Positions 26,643 through 36,726 are shown, counted from the first letter of the stretch. The stretch is DNA of 64,000 nucleotides from an uncultured Flavobacteriaceae bacterium (GCA_964586595.1 CAZPHB010000001.1:263849-327848); one strand, 5' to 3'. Notes: a model not told the origin generated them from the letters alone. Made by a program: numbers and translations.

Positions 26643-29600
26643 ATGCCTTTCCGAAACCTCATCACCTGCGTCCTGTTTATGGGAGCGGTTGCAGTCCAGG
26701 CCCAGAAAACGGAATTGTTTTCCGGAGCTGCAGTACACTACAGGCTTGGAGAAGAACTATTCAACAATGGCAAATGGAATGCTTCTGTTACGGAATTCGC
26801 ACAGTATTTGGCGAATGGTACCGATGTTCAGATGCGCGCAGATGCCCAGTATTACGTGGCTATTGCCAAATTGAGGGCAGCCCACAGCGACGGAGAGGCG
26901 AGTGTGTTGGAATACCTGCGCAACCATCCGGGTTCTTACAAAAACAACAACGCCAACCTGGCCTTGGGAGATTATTACTTCATGCAGGGGAAATTCAGCC
27001 GGGCCCTTCCCTATTACAAACAAGCCGATCCTTCAGCCATTGCCGCCGGTGAACGCGACCGGCTCCGGTTTCACATGGGCTATTGCCAGGTGATGGGCCG
27101 CAGATATGAGGATGCAAAAGCAACCCTGGAACCTCTGGTAAAAAGCAACTCTGAATACGAAATGCGGGCAACATACTATTACGGCTATGCCTGCTATTAC
27201 ACCGGCGACTATCAAAAAGCGCTGGAATCATTTCGGAGTATTGAAGATTCAGGTCCGCAGAGCCTGCGGTTCTTCATGGCGCAGATATACTACCTCAAAG
27301 GAGATTATCAGCGGGCAATTGGCTATCTGGAGAAATCAACTTCCGCCAGCTTTCGCAGTCGGTCACTGTTTCTGAAAGGAAAATGCCACTACCGCATCAA
27401 TGAGTTTGAAATGGCCGCCGATGCGTTTAACCGCAGTGGATTTACACCGGACAGCATCGACCGTCAGGAAACCTATGAAGTTGGCTATACATACTTCAAG
27501 GTTCGACAGTATAACGATGCCGTGCAATGGTTGCAGCTCATCGCCAATAATGGAGATTCACTGGCGCAAACGGCAAGCCATAACCTGGCTGAAGCATTCT
27601 TGAAGCTGGGAAGAAAACAGGATGCATACAATGCCTTCTTCGAGGCACAACGCAGCGATTTCAACAAAAAGGTTCAGGAAAATGCCATGTTGAATTATGC
27701 CAAGCTGGCTGTTGAATTGGGTTTTTCCAAGGTTGCCATCAACTACCTGCAAAAATTTACCGCCCAGTTCCCCCAATCGCCAGACCGCAGGGAAGCCCAA
27801 AAAATACTGGCCACCTTGTTCCTCAGTTCTGACGATTACCGAACGGCCATCAACATCCTTGAATCCATAGGCGAATTGGATGAAACAGCCCGAGAAACCT
27901 ACCAGAAAGTTACCCTCTACCAAGGCCAGAAGTATTTCCGTGACCGCGATTTTGAAGCAGCCCTGCAAATGTTCAACAAGTCATTGCTTGGCGGAAGTGA
28001 CCGGAAAATACAGGGTGAAGCTTCTTTTTGGAAGGCAGAAATCTTACACGCCAGAGGTGCTTATGCCGATGCATTGGCATCATATCAGCGGTTTGCCGAA
28101 ACTCCGGAGTGTAAAAGCCTGGGTTATTTCCCCATGGTGTACTACGGAATGGGGTATTGCCGGTTTCGCGAGCGCAGGTTTGCGGAAGCTTCCGTGTATT
28201 TCAATCAATACCGGAATGCAGCGCGCAGCGGTAATTACCGGGAAGATATTTACACAGATGCCATGGCAAGGCTTGGCGACAGCTACTTCATGATTCGGAA
28301 ACTTCCGGAAGCACTGGAAAGCTATGCTTATGTTTCCGGGAAAAAGGGCACCGGTGCCGATTATGCTCTTTTTCAGAAAGGCATGATTTACGGATTTACC
28401 AGAGAATCTCAACAGAAAATTGCCACCATGAAAAGGATTCCCAATGAATTTCCGGAATCTCCCTTTGTACCGGATGCCATCTTTGAAATGGCCAGTGAAC
28501 AGCTGAATATCGGCCAGGCCAAAGACGCCGAGCGCAACCTGATGTATCTGGTTCAGGATTTTCAAGGTCGCCTCATTGTCAAGAAAGCCTATCAAACCCT
28601 CGGACAGCTCTATTACAAACAAGAGAAAGATGAGAAATCTATTGATATGTACAAGAAACTGGCTTTGGAATATCCGGGTACGCCAGAAGCTCAAAAGGCC
28701 ATAGAAAAAATTGAGAAGATTTACAGAGAAAACGGCCGAGGTGCTGAATACTTAAGCTGGATTGCCACTGTGCCCAATGTTTCTGTAAGTGCTTCCCGCC
28801 GCGATTCGATTGTCTATACTTCTGCCTACAACCTTTGGGAACGAAAAGACTATGAAGGCGCCATCCGTGAATTCAACCGCTACCTGAGTGATTATCGGGA
28901 TGGTTTTTTCCGGATTCCGGCGCAATACCACCTGGCCTACAGCTACGAACGCAAAAAACAACCTGACCTGGCCCTGCCCTTCTATCAAAAAGTTGCCGAT
29001 GCCGCGGCCAGTGAATACAGTGAACAATCTCTTCTGGCAGTGGTGGACATCATGAGCAAGAACATGAACAACTGCCCGGCTTTGATTCCCTATCTCGAAA
29101 AACTGGAGCAACAAACCACCAGCAGAGACAACCTGCTTTATGCCGTGCACAAGCAAATGCGCTGCGCACTCAGCATCAATCAGGGCAGTACGGCCGAACG
29201 CAAAGCCGAGCAATTGCTTGAACTTGATTACACCAAACCTGAGATGATCAGTGAAGCCTTGTTGGTTTTGGGAAGAATCAGGATGGAACAGGGCAACTAT
29301 GCCAAAGCATTGGAACTTTTTCAGCGCAACTTCAACAAGTTCGACAATCAGTTTGCCGCAGAGAGTAAATACCACGAGGCGCTCACGTTTTTCACCATGG
29401 ACAGCCTTGCAGCGGCTAAAAAATCGGTCTTCCAGTACAACAATCAATTCAGTGGTTATGACCTCTGGCTGGCTAAATCCTTCCTGTTGTTGGGTGATAT
29501 TTACGTTAAAATGGGAGATCAGTTTTCAGCCAAAGCTACCTGGAACAGTGTAATTGCAAACTTTAACGACATGCCTGAAATTGTAGCCGAAGCACGCCGC

Positions 29601-29660
29601 AAGCTGGATGCGCTGAATCAATTGGCGCCCAAACAGGACGAATCAGGAGGCGGCGAATGA
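26643..29660 (+). CDS. Large secreted TPR-repeat protein (~1005 aa)
   Basis: Start at the ATG at 26643 (MPFRNLITCVLFMGAVAVQAQ signal peptide); the ORF track starts 6 nt earlier at a GTG. It carries many TPR-like repeats throughout (YYVAIAKLRAAHSDGEA..., ALGDYYFMQGKFSRALPYYKQA...). The stop overlaps the mazG start (ATGA). Confidence 0.85.
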   Translation: MPFRNLITCVLFMGAVAVQAQKTELFSGAAVHYRLGEELFNNGKWNASVTEFAQYLANGTDVQMRADAQYYVAIAKLRAAHSDGEASVLEYLRNHPGSYKNNNANLALGDYYFMQGKFSRALPYYKQADPSAIAAGERDRLRFHMGYCQVMGRRYEDAKATLEPLVKSNSEYEMRATYYYGYACYYTGDYQKALESFRSIEDSGPQSLRFFMAQIYYLKGDYQRAIGYLEKSTSASFRSRSLFLKGKCHYRINEFEMAADAFNRSGFTPDSIDRQETYEVGYTYFKVRQYNDAVQWLQLIANNGDSLAQTASHNLAEAFLKLGRKQDAYNAFFEAQRSDFNKKVQENAMLNYAKLAVELGFSKVAINYLQKFTAQFPQSPDRREAQKILATLFLSSDDYRTAINILESIGELDETARETYQKVTLYQGQKYFRDRDFEAALQMFNKSLLGGSDRKIQGEASFWKAEILHARGAYADALASYQRFAETPECKSLGYFPMVYYGMGYCRFRERRFAEASVYFNQYRNAARSGNYREDIYTDAMARLGDSYFMIRKLPEALESYAYVSGKKGTGADYALFQKGMIYGFTRESQQKIATMKRIPNEFPESPFVPDAIFEMASEQLNIGQAKDAERNLMYLVQDFQGRLIVKKAYQTLGQLYYKQEKDEKSIDMYKKLALEYPGTPEAQKAIEKIEKIYRENGRGAEYLSWIATVPNVSVSASRRDSIVYTSAYNLWERKDYEGAIREFNRYLSDYRDGFFRIPAQYHLAYSYERKKQPDLALPFYQKVADAAASEYSEQSLLAVVDIMSKNMNNCPALIPYLEKLEQQTTSRDNLLYAVHKQMRCALSINQGSTAERKAEQLLELDYTKPEMISEALLVLGRIRMEQGNYAKALELFQRNFNKFDNQFAAESKYHEALTFFTMDSLAAAKKSVFQYNNQFSGYDLWLAKSFLLLGDIYVKMGDQFSAKATWNSVIANFNDMPEIVAEARRKLDALNQLAPKQDESGGGE

Positions 29661-30448
29661 GCGGCGGAAACAGCCTGGAACAAAAACAGGAAGCATTCGC
29701 GCGTTTGTTGCGCATCATGGATGAGTTGCGTGCTCAATGTCCGTGGGATCGGGAACAAACCTGGGAAAGCATCAGACACTTGACCATCGAAGAAGTGGCA
29801 GAACTCAGTGATGCCATCTTAGACCAGGAACCCGATATGGTCAAGAAGGAATTGGGTGATGTATTGCTGCACATGGTTTTTTACAGCAAAATCGGCGACG
29901 AAAAAGGTTATTTCGACATTGCCGACGTAATGCACAGCCTTTGCGAAAAACTCATCCGCAGACACCCACATATTTACGGTTCGGTACAAGCAGATGATGC
30001 TGAAACAGTGAAGCAAAACTGGGAGAAAATAAAACTCCGTGAAAAGGGCGGACGCGAACAATCCTCGGTGCTGGAAGGCGTTCCGCGCAGTATGCCGTCC
30101 CTGGTAAAATCATACCGTATTCAGGAAAAAGTGGCGCAGGTAGGTTTTGACTGGCCGAATCTTGAGGCAGTAAAAGACAAAGTGAAGGAGGAATGGGAAG
30201 AATTGAATCAGGCAACAGATCAGGCGCACCTGGAAGAAGAATTCGGCGACCTGATGTTTGCCATGGCAAACTACGCCCGTTTTCTGAACATCAATCCGGA
30301 CGATGCACTCGAAAAGGCAAATCGAAAATTCATTCGTCGCTTTTCCCATATTGAATCATGCGCACGCCGCGACGGGCGGGAAATGGGCACCATGAACCTG
30401 GAGGAAATGGATGCTTATTGGAATGATGCGAAGAAGCTGGGACTATAG
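29657..30448 (+). CDS. mazG: Nucleoside triphosphate pyrophosphohydrolase MazG
   Basis: 263 aa with the tandem MazG fold: first-half motif LRAQCPWDREQTWESIRHLTIEEVAELSDAI...EELGDVLLHMVFYS, second-half EEFGDLMFAMANYARFLNINPDDALEKANRKFIRRF. Confidence 0.9.
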   Translation: MSGGNSLEQKQEAFARLLRIMDELRAQCPWDREQTWESIRHLTIEEVAELSDAILDQEPDMVKKELGDVLLHMVFYSKIGDEKGYFDIADVMHSLCEKLIRRHPHIYGSVQADDAETVKQNWEKIKLREKGGREQSSVLEGVPRSMPSLVKSYRIQEKVAQVGFDWPNLEAVKDKVKEEWEELNQATDQAHLEEEFGDLMFAMANYARFLNINPDDALEKANRKFIRRFSHIESCARRDGREMGTMNLEEMDAYWNDAKKLGL

Positions 30449-30455
30449 CCTTACT

Positions 30456-31286
30456 TCAGCCCAAGGCTACATCCAGAATCATCATAACCACAAACCCGGA
30501 AATCAAACCCAGAGTGGCAAAGTCAGCATATTTGTCTTTCTGCGTTTCAGGAATCACCTCTTCCACCACCACAAACATCATGGCGCCGGCGGCGAAGGCC
30601 AGGGCGTAAGGAAGGATTGGTTGGGCAATCATCACAGCTGCAGCGCCTAAGGCACCAGCCAAAGGTTCAACAACTGCAGAAAGCTGACCCCAGAAAAAAC
30701 TCTTACGTGCACTGAGTCCGTTGCGCCTCAAGGGCATGGCCACAGCGAGTCCTTCGGGAAAGTTTTGCAAACCGATGCCAATGGCCAGGGCTACGGCAGC
30801 ACCTAAATCGGCATGAGGCAATCCTTGTGCAACCGCACCAAAAGCCACTCCTACCGCCAAGCCTTCAGGAATGTTGTGCAAGGTAATGGCCATCACCAAC
30901 AACAGGGTTCTGTTCCAATCTGAACGCGGACCTTCCGCTTCCTGCAATGGGTTGTTCAGGTGTAAATGTGGCAATACCTTGTCGAGCATGAACAAGAACA
31001 ATGCACCAACAGTAAATCCAACAGCAGCAGGAATCCAGGCCCAACGTTCCCCATAGCTGTCGGTGGCCATTGCAATGGCCGGGGCCAACAAGGACCAAAA
31101 ACTGGCTGCAATCATCACCCCTCCGGTAAATCCAAGCATTACGTCCATCCATTTTCGGCTCATGTCTTTAAAGAAAAATACAAGTGCTGCACCGGCTGCT
31201 GTGAGCAACCAGGTGAATGTGGTAGCAAGGAAACCCTGCATCACAGGATGCAGATCTAAAAACCAAGTTTTCAGTGATTCTGTCAT
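30456..31286 (-). CDS. zupT: ZIP family metal cation transporter (ZupT-like)
   Basis: 276 aa with about 8 TM segments. ZIP signature HNIPEGLAVG and a second HxxPEG-type motif (LQNFPEGLAV). Its start is 7 nt after the stop of the DtxR-family regulator gene. Confidence 0.88.
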   Translation of the reverse strand: MTESLKTWFLDLHPVMQGFLATTFTWLLTAAGAALVFFFKDMSRKWMDVMLGFTGGVMIAASFWSLLAPAIAMATDSYGERWAWIPAAVGFTVGALFLFMLDKVLPHLHLNNPLQEAEGPRSDWNRTLLLVMAITLHNIPEGLAVGVAFGAVAQGLPHADLGAAVALAIGIGLQNFPEGLAVAMPLRRNGLSARKSFFWGQLSAVVEPLAGALGAAAVMIAQPILPYALAFAAGAMMFVVVEEVIPETQKDKYADFATLGLISGFVVMMILDVALG

Positions 31287-31293
31287 AAATATG

Positions 31294-31956
31294 CTATGCG
31301 TTGGGAGTTACGAATATTTTTTCTGCGGAAGCCAGACTGATAAAAATCTGTTTTTTGTTGATGAGCAGGGCCAGCAATGCGTCTGCCTTGATGAATTCCA
31401 TGATTCTGCCTGTAGTTCCGGGAACAAGTCCCTGACGGGCTGCAAATTGCAGCCATTCCGTATCGCCATCGGCAACGCGCTGCACGGTAAAGGAAGCACC
31501 GTCTTCCAAGTCTGACATCGGAATTAAAGATTGTTGCACCTGAGGATCAGCTACAATAGGATCACCGTGAGGATCGTGGGTAGGATGTCCCAAAAAAGCG
31601 TCCAGCCGTTCGGCCAAACCTGCTTCAAATACATGTTCCAGTTGCTCGGCAATATCATGAACTTCATGCCAGCCATAACCGAGCTTATCTACCAGAAACA
31701 CTTCCCAGAGCCTGTGCAGCCGAATCAAATCAGTGGCTATGCCCAAGCCTTCATCTGTTAAAGTAACGCCTTGGTAACGGCGGTAATAAATCAAATTCTT
31801 CCGCGACAAGCGCTGCAGCGTATCGGTAACTGTTGCAGGCGTGGCGTTTACTTCCTTGGCAAGTGCACCGGTGCTGGCCAAAGATTCCTTCCCGTAACGA
31901 TAACTCAACTTGTAAATCGCTTTCAGGTAGTTCTGCTCTGTGGAACTGATGGTCAT
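31294..31956 (-). CDS. DtxR/MntR-family metal-dependent transcriptional repressor with C-terminal FeoA-like domain
   Basis: Start placed at MTISSTEQNYLKAIYKLS (MntR-like N-terminus; the ORF track starts 11 codons earlier). wHTH (...LAKEVNATPATVTDTLQRLSRKNLIYY...), a metal-binding helix region, then a FeoA/SH3-like tail (...SFTVQRVADGDTEWLQFAARQGLVPGT...). Confidence 0.85.
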   Translation of the reverse strand: MTISSTEQNYLKAIYKLSYRYGKESLASTGALAKEVNATPATVTDTLQRLSRKNLIYYRRYQGVTLTDEGLGIATDLIRLHRLWEVFLVDKLGYGWHEVHDIAEQLEHVFEAGLAERLDAFLGHPTHDPHGDPIVADPQVQQSLIPMSDLEDGASFTVQRVADGDTEWLQFAARQGLVPGTTGRIMEFIKADALLALLINKKQIFISLASAEKIFVTPNA

Positions 31957-31964
31957 TTTTGATG

Positions 31965-31976
31965 AGGTTGCAACCT
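31965..31976. promoter_or_regulatory. Candidate DtxR/MntR-type operator: perfect 12-bp palindrome AGGTTGCAACCT
   Basis: AGGTTG|CAACCT sits 8 nt upstream of the regulator ATG (31956). Its half-sites resemble the AGGTTAG / CTAACCT halves of the DtxR/IdeR box TTAGGTTAGCCTAACCTAA. Confidence 0.4.
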
Positions 31977-32019
31977 TTTTTTCGACCATGCTAAAATACG
32001 AAAATTACTTCAATTCTGA

Positions 32020-32027
32020 TAAATTTG
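32020..32027 (+). promoter_or_regulatory. Bacteroidota -7 promoter element TAAATTTG, 4 nt upstream of the ATG at 32032
   Basis: TAnnTTTG match; the transcript is probably leaderless. Confidence 0.35.
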
Positions 32028-32031
32028 AGGC

Positions 32032-33318
32032 ATGGGGTCTGGCCTGAGCAATACACAGAAATGGGTTTGGATGCTGTTGTTCGGATTCCTGTTGTGGTTA
32101 TCCTTTAACCGTAATTGGCGCTTTGGCAGATTTAACTACCACGATGAACTCTGGGCAGACAAAGCAGGTTACCACGTATTCCTTCCTGCAAGTTTTATTT
32201 ACAACTGGGATGCACGTTTATTTCCACATGAAGTTGATTTAAAAACCGGAGGTGGTTTTCAATTGGATGGGTGGCGCAATTCCATCAACACAAAATACCC
32301 TCCGGGCGCTGCCATCATGCGGCTGCCTTTCTTCCTCATGGCACATGCGTGGGCGAAGATAAGCGGCACTCCGGCAGATGGATTCACCATGCCCTATCAT
32401 GCGGCCACCATCTTTTCAGGCGTGTTTTACGGGATGGCCGGTCTGTGGGTGTTGTGGCGTTTCCTTTTATACTATTTCAGAAAAAACATTGCCTGGTTGG
32501 GCATTATTGGCCTGATCACGGGAACAAACCTATGGTATTATGTGGTAGAAGAGCCGGGACTTTCCCATGTGTACAGTTTCTTCCTGATGGCACTGTTGCT
32601 GTGGGAACTGAAACGCTTCAGCCTGTCGGAACAAAACCGACACTTGGCGCTGGCCGGGCTTTGTACCGGAATGATCTTTTGTGTGCGCCCCCAAAACCTT
32701 TTATTGCTGCTTCCCATCCTGATCTGGTGGCTCTGGCAAAACCTTGAAGCGGTGAAACGCAAACCAAAAGCGCTCATGTGGGCTGCATCCCTGGCCATGC
32801 TCGCGGTGGCGCCTTTTTTGGCGTATCGAATGTATTTAAAAGCACACCAATTCATGCCTTACGGCGATGAAGGATTCATTTACTGGAAATCACCACATGT
32901 GCTCAAGGTGCTTTTTTCACCCGAAAATGGCCTGTTTACAGGCAGTCCGTTTTTGCTGCCATTCATCCCGATTTCCATTTGGTATGCCCTCAGGAATCAA
33001 GGCGCGTGGCGGTACATCAGTGCTTCCATTCTGTTGGTATTTATGGGAACCACCATCATGTACGGATCGTGGTGGGCCTGGGGACTTGCCTGTGGTTTCG
33101 GGCATCGCGGATTTATAGAATTTTATCCGTTGATGGCCTGGATGATGTTACGCGGTTTTGCCGATGTTTGGCATCTGCCGAAGTTTCGCCTGGGCATCGG
33201 CCTTTTCGTGGTGCTGAGCGCCATCATCCTCTTGCCCTTAAGTTTCCATTGGCCTTATTGTATGGAAGGTCCATTTTGGAACTGGCAACGATGGTGGCAG
33301 ATTTGGCGAGGATTATGA
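32032..33318 (+). CDS. Polytopic integral membrane protein of unknown function (Trp-rich; possibly a GT-C-like glycosyltransferase)
   Basis: 428 aa with more than 10 hydrophobic segments and very high W/F/Y content (WWAWGLACGFGHRGFIEFYPLMAWMML). I recognise no diagnostic catalytic motif. Confidence 0.7.
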   Translation: MGSGLSNTQKWVWMLLFGFLLWLSFNRNWRFGRFNYHDELWADKAGYHVFLPASFIYNWDARLFPHEVDLKTGGGFQLDGWRNSINTKYPPGAAIMRLPFFLMAHAWAKISGTPADGFTMPYHAATIFSGVFYGMAGLWVLWRFLLYYFRKNIAWLGIIGLITGTNLWYYVVEEPGLSHVYSFFLMALLLWELKRFSLSEQNRHLALAGLCTGMIFCVRPQNLLLLLPILIWWLWQNLEAVKRKPKALMWAASLAMLAVAPFLAYRMYLKAHQFMPYGDEGFIYWKSPHVLKVLFSPENGLFTGSPFLLPFIPISIWYALRNQGAWRYISASILLVFMGTTIMYGSWWAWGLACGFGHRGFIEFYPLMAWMMLRGFADVWHLPKFRLGIGLFVVLSAIILLPLSFHWPYCMEGPFWNWQRWWQIWRGL

Positions 33319-33328
33319 ACGTGAATCC

Positions 33329-33910
33329 TCAATGAATGCGGTCACCGCGTAGTTCCATCCCCTGCATGATTTGCGCCTCTCCCTGAAGAAATTCCTGCCA
33401 GCGTGCACGAACGCGCGCTTCAGGCAGGTATTTGCAGGCCAAATCCAGAAACATGCGGTAATGTCCTGCTTCACTCACCATAAACTCGTGGTAGAACGCC
33501 TTTAGGTCCGGGTCATCTACATGCAGCGATAAAAGTCGGAAGCGTTCGCAACTGCGGGCTTCAATCATGGCACAAACCAATAAATCTTCCACCAGCAGTT
33601 CGTCGCGGCTTCCTCCTTTTTTCCGAAGTTTTTGCAATTCACTCACGTAGGAATCTTTTCGTGGTGTTCCTAAAGCAAATCCGCGCTTCTTAAGTTCTTT
33701 CAATACTTTGCGGAAATGCCCCCATTCTTCGGCAACTACCGCCGTAACCTCATCTACAACATCTGACTTTTCCGGGAAACGGATGATCAGGGAAATACCT
33801 GTGCTCGCGGCCTTTTGCTCACAGTAAGCGTGATCGGTAAGGATTTCATCTATCTGTTTCTCAGCGATGTTCACCCAGCGGGGGTCGGTGGCTAATTTAA
33901 GGCCCAACAT
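33329..33910 (-). CDS. miaE: tRNA-(ms2io6A37)-hydroxylase MiaE (ferritin-like di-iron)
   Basis: 193 aa. ...DHAYCEQKAA... and ...AVVAEEWGHFRKVLKELKKRG... are the paired E-x-x-H di-iron motifs of MiaE. Confidence 0.85.
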   Translation of the reverse strand: MLGLKLATDPRWVNIAEKQIDEILTDHAYCEQKAASTGISLIIRFPEKSDVVDEVTAVVAEEWGHFRKVLKELKKRGFALGTPRKDSYVSELQKLRKKGGSRDELLVEDLLVCAMIEARSCERFRLLSLHVDDPDLKAFYHEFMVSEAGHYRMFLDLACKYLPEARVRARWQEFLQGEAQIMQGMELRGDRIH

Positions 33911-33934
33911 ATCGCGCGAAATTAAAACAGCGGT

Positions 33935-35428
33935 TTACAGGTGTGCCAACAAATCATCCGCAATTTTGCGGTCGTTGCTCAGCCTGGGAACTTTATTCTG
34001 TCCGCCCAGTTTTCCTTGCCTTTTCATGTAGCTGATGAATGCATCTTTCGGCAACATGGTTAGCTTTAGGGGTTTAAGTATGGCCCCGTCAATCAGGTCG
34101 CGGTAATAGATATTCTGTTCCTGCATGGCCTGATCCAAAGTTCGGGTAAAAGCCCCCGCATCATCCGGAAGGACATCAAAGGCAACCAGCCATTCATGGT
34201 ATGGAGGACCTGATTCAGGATTTACTTGAGGTGCAACGGTAAACTCTACGGTAGTAGCCCGGTGTGCGGCGCAGGCTTTGGACATGGCACGCTCCACTTC
34301 TTCTCCTATCACATGTTCGCCAAATGCCGAAATGAAGTGCTTGATGCGTCCGGTAACGACAATCTTGTATGGATTCTTGGAAACAAACTTCACCGTATCT
34401 CCAATGCTATACCCCCAAAGTCCGGCATTGGTATTCATCACCACAGCATAATTTACCCCAAGTTCCACATCTTCAATACCCAAACGAATGGGCTGGGCGG
34501 AGAAATATTCCGATACCGGAACAAATTCGTAGTAAATACCACCGGCCAGCAACATCAACAGGGCCGCATCAGACTGACGATCCTGAAATGCAATGAATCC
34601 TTCACTGGCAGGATATGTTTCAATGGTAGCAATGGATTTCCCCACGGTTTGAAACATCTTTTCGCGGTACGGTTCAAAATTTACACCGCCGTAAACCATT
34701 AATTCAAAATGAGGAAAAAGGTCTTGAATATGTTCTTTGCCGCTCAGCTGCAGCAGCCTGTCAAAATACATCTGAACCCAGGGCGGAATACCGCTGATCA
34801 GGCTCATGGGCTGATGAATGGTTTCGCGGGCAATGCGATCTACCTTTTCTTCCCAGTCTTCTATGCAATTGGTTTCCCAGGAAGGCATTTGGCTGCGCCT
34901 CAGGTACGCAGGAACGTGGTGGTTTACAATGCCGCTCAGCCGACCGCTCAGCATGCCGTTCTTATCTTCCAAAACGGGGCTGCCACTCAAAAAAATCAAG
35001 CTTCCGTCCAGCCATGAAGCCCTACCGGTTTCTGCGATATAACACAACAGGGCATTGCGTGCACTGCTGATGTGAAAGGGCATGCTTTCTTTGGTGATGG
35101 GAATGTACTTCACCCCGGAGGTGGTGCCCGATGTTTTGGCCAGATACAAGGGTTTCCCTGGCCAAAGTACGTCTGGATTTCCTGCAAGAACATGTTCTAC
35201 CCAGGGCCTCAATCCTTCGTAATCGCGCATGGGTATCTGTCTGCTGAATTCAGCGGCCTTGATGTTTGGGGTGATGCCGTGCTCCCGACCAAAGGCGGTT
35301 TTTGACAATTGCACTTTCAAGGCATCAAACTGCCTGCGCTGTGCGGCAATGCCGTCGGCACTCCAGCGGTCAATCTGCCTGCGCACAACCGATGCCAGCG
35401 GCTTCGCCAGTATTGACTTCAATCCCAT
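33935..35428 (-). CDS. GH3 family protein (acyl-acid amido synthetase-like adenylating enzyme)
   Basis: 497 aa. The N-terminus (...QRRQFDALKVQLSKTAFGREHGI...MRDYEGLRPWVEHVLAGNPDVLWPGKPLYLAKTSGTTSGVKYIP...) matches the GH3 family, including the adenylation motif TSGTTSG. Confidence 0.85.
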   Translation of the reverse strand: MGLKSILAKPLASVVRRQIDRWSADGIAAQRRQFDALKVQLSKTAFGREHGITPNIKAAEFSRQIPMRDYEGLRPWVEHVLAGNPDVLWPGKPLYLAKTSGTTSGVKYIPITKESMPFHISSARNALLCYIAETGRASWLDGSLIFLSGSPVLEDKNGMLSGRLSGIVNHHVPAYLRRSQMPSWETNCIEDWEEKVDRIARETIHQPMSLISGIPPWVQMYFDRLLQLSGKEHIQDLFPHFELMVYGGVNFEPYREKMFQTVGKSIATIETYPASEGFIAFQDRQSDAALLMLLAGGIYYEFVPVSEYFSAQPIRLGIEDVELGVNYAVVMNTNAGLWGYSIGDTVKFVSKNPYKIVVTGRIKHFISAFGEHVIGEEVERAMSKACAAHRATTVEFTVAPQVNPESGPPYHEWLVAFDVLPDDAGAFTRTLDQAMQEQNIYYRDLIDGAILKPLKLTMLPKDAFISYMKRQGKLGGQNKVPRLSNDRKIADDLLAHL

Positions 35429-35431
35429 AGA

Positions 35432-35872
35432 TCAGAGGTTTATTTTGGCTACACGCCGGTCGTGCCGTCCACCTTCAAAAGAAGCATCCAACCAGGCCTG
35501 TACAATTTTCCTGGCGGCAGGCTTGGTCACATATCGCGCGGGGATGCACAAAATATTGGCGTCGTTGTGCTGCCTGGCCAAAGCGGCAATCTCTTCCTTC
35601 CAGCACAAAGCTGCCCGAATGCCTGCATGCTTGTTGGCGGCCATACAAACCCCGTTGCCGCTGCCACAAATCAGGATTCCCAATTGATTCTCTCCGGTAC
35701 TTACACTTAGGGCAACGGCATGCGCATAATCAGGATAATCCACGCTGTCGGCAGAATCCGGACCAAAGTCTTGGGGCTCATGACCCAATTCCAGCAAAAA
35801 AGCCAGGAGTTCATTTTTTAACGTGAATCCGGCGTGGTCGGCGCCAACGGCAATGGTATATGATGCGCTCAT
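35432..35872 (-). CDS. rpiB: Ribose-5-phosphate isomerase B
   Basis: 146 aa. MSASYTIAVGADHAGFTLKNELLAFL... and GILICGSGNGVCMAANKHAGIRAAL are RpiB/LacAB motifs. Confidence 0.9.
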   Translation of the reverse strand: MSASYTIAVGADHAGFTLKNELLAFLLELGHEPQDFGPDSADSVDYPDYAHAVALSVSTGENQLGILICGSGNGVCMAANKHAGIRAALCWKEEIAALARQHNDANILCIPARYVTKPAARKIVQAWLDASFEGGRHDRRVAKINL

Positions 35873-35877
35873 GATGG

Positions 35878-36717
35878 TTATGAATCTTTTTGTTCAGTAC
35901 GCGAGGCAATGAGGATGCCAATTTCGTATAAACTATACAAAGGCAGCGCAAGTATCAGCTGGCTGAGCATGTCGGGGGAAGGTGTGGCCACGGCAGCAAT
36001 GATGAAGATGATGACCACCGCATAGCGCCTGTTCTTCCTGAGGAAGGAGGCGGTGAGGATTCCCACCCTGGCCAAAACATACATCAGCACCGGAAGTTCA
36101 AAAACAAGTCCGGTAGCCAGACACAGAAAACTCACATAGTTTACTGCATTCTGCATGGTAACGATGTTCTGAACTTCATCGCTGATGCTGAAGGTGGCAA
36201 AGAAATTCACCGAAATGGGCACCAAAATGAAATAGCTGAACAGGACACCTGTGAAAAACAGCAGCGCTACGAAGAACACTGTGCCACGGGTTTTCTTTAC
36301 TTCTTTATCGCTGAGGGCAGGTCTGATAAACTTCCAAAGTTCCCAGATGATGAAAGGGAATGCGAGTACCAATCCTGCGATGAAGGCAATTTTAAAGGCC
36401 GCCACAAATTGTCCCTGCAGCTGTAGGTTTTGGATTTGAATCACCGGAGGAACCAGGCACATGCGATCGTCGCCAAAGGTGTTTATACTTAAATCGCAGA
36501 GGAAACGATAGGTCAGGAAGCTGCCTTTGAACGGGGCAAAAATGACACCACTTACCAACTCTTTGATGTAAACGAACGCGAGGATGAATCCTACAGATAT
36601 GGCTGCAAATGACCTGATGATGTGCCGGCGCAATTCATCCACATGGTCAAAAAATGACATGTTGCGTTCATGGGGAAATTCGGCCTGTGGATCGGCTTCT
36701 TCCTGATCTAAGGGCAT
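35878..36717 (-). CDS. tatC: Sec-independent protein translocase subunit TatC
   Basis: 279 aa with 6 TM segments. TatC N-terminal motif MSFFDHVDELRRHIIRSF and conserved internal regions (FKIAFIAGLVLAFPFIIWELWKFIRPAL). The true start may be the internal MSFFDH. Confidence 0.9.
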   Translation of the reverse strand: MPLDQEEADPQAEFPHERNMSFFDHVDELRRHIIRSFAAISVGFILAFVYIKELVSGVIFAPFKGSFLTYRFLCDLSINTFGDDRMCLVPPVIQIQNLQLQGQFVAAFKIAFIAGLVLAFPFIIWELWKFIRPALSDKEVKKTRGTVFFVALLFFTGVLFSYFILVPISVNFFATFSISDEVQNIVTMQNAVNYVSFLCLATGLVFELPVLMYVLARVGILTASFLRKNRRYAVVIIFIIAAVATPSPDMLSQLILALPLYSLYEIGILIASRTEQKDS

Positions 36718-36726
36718 AACAGATGC

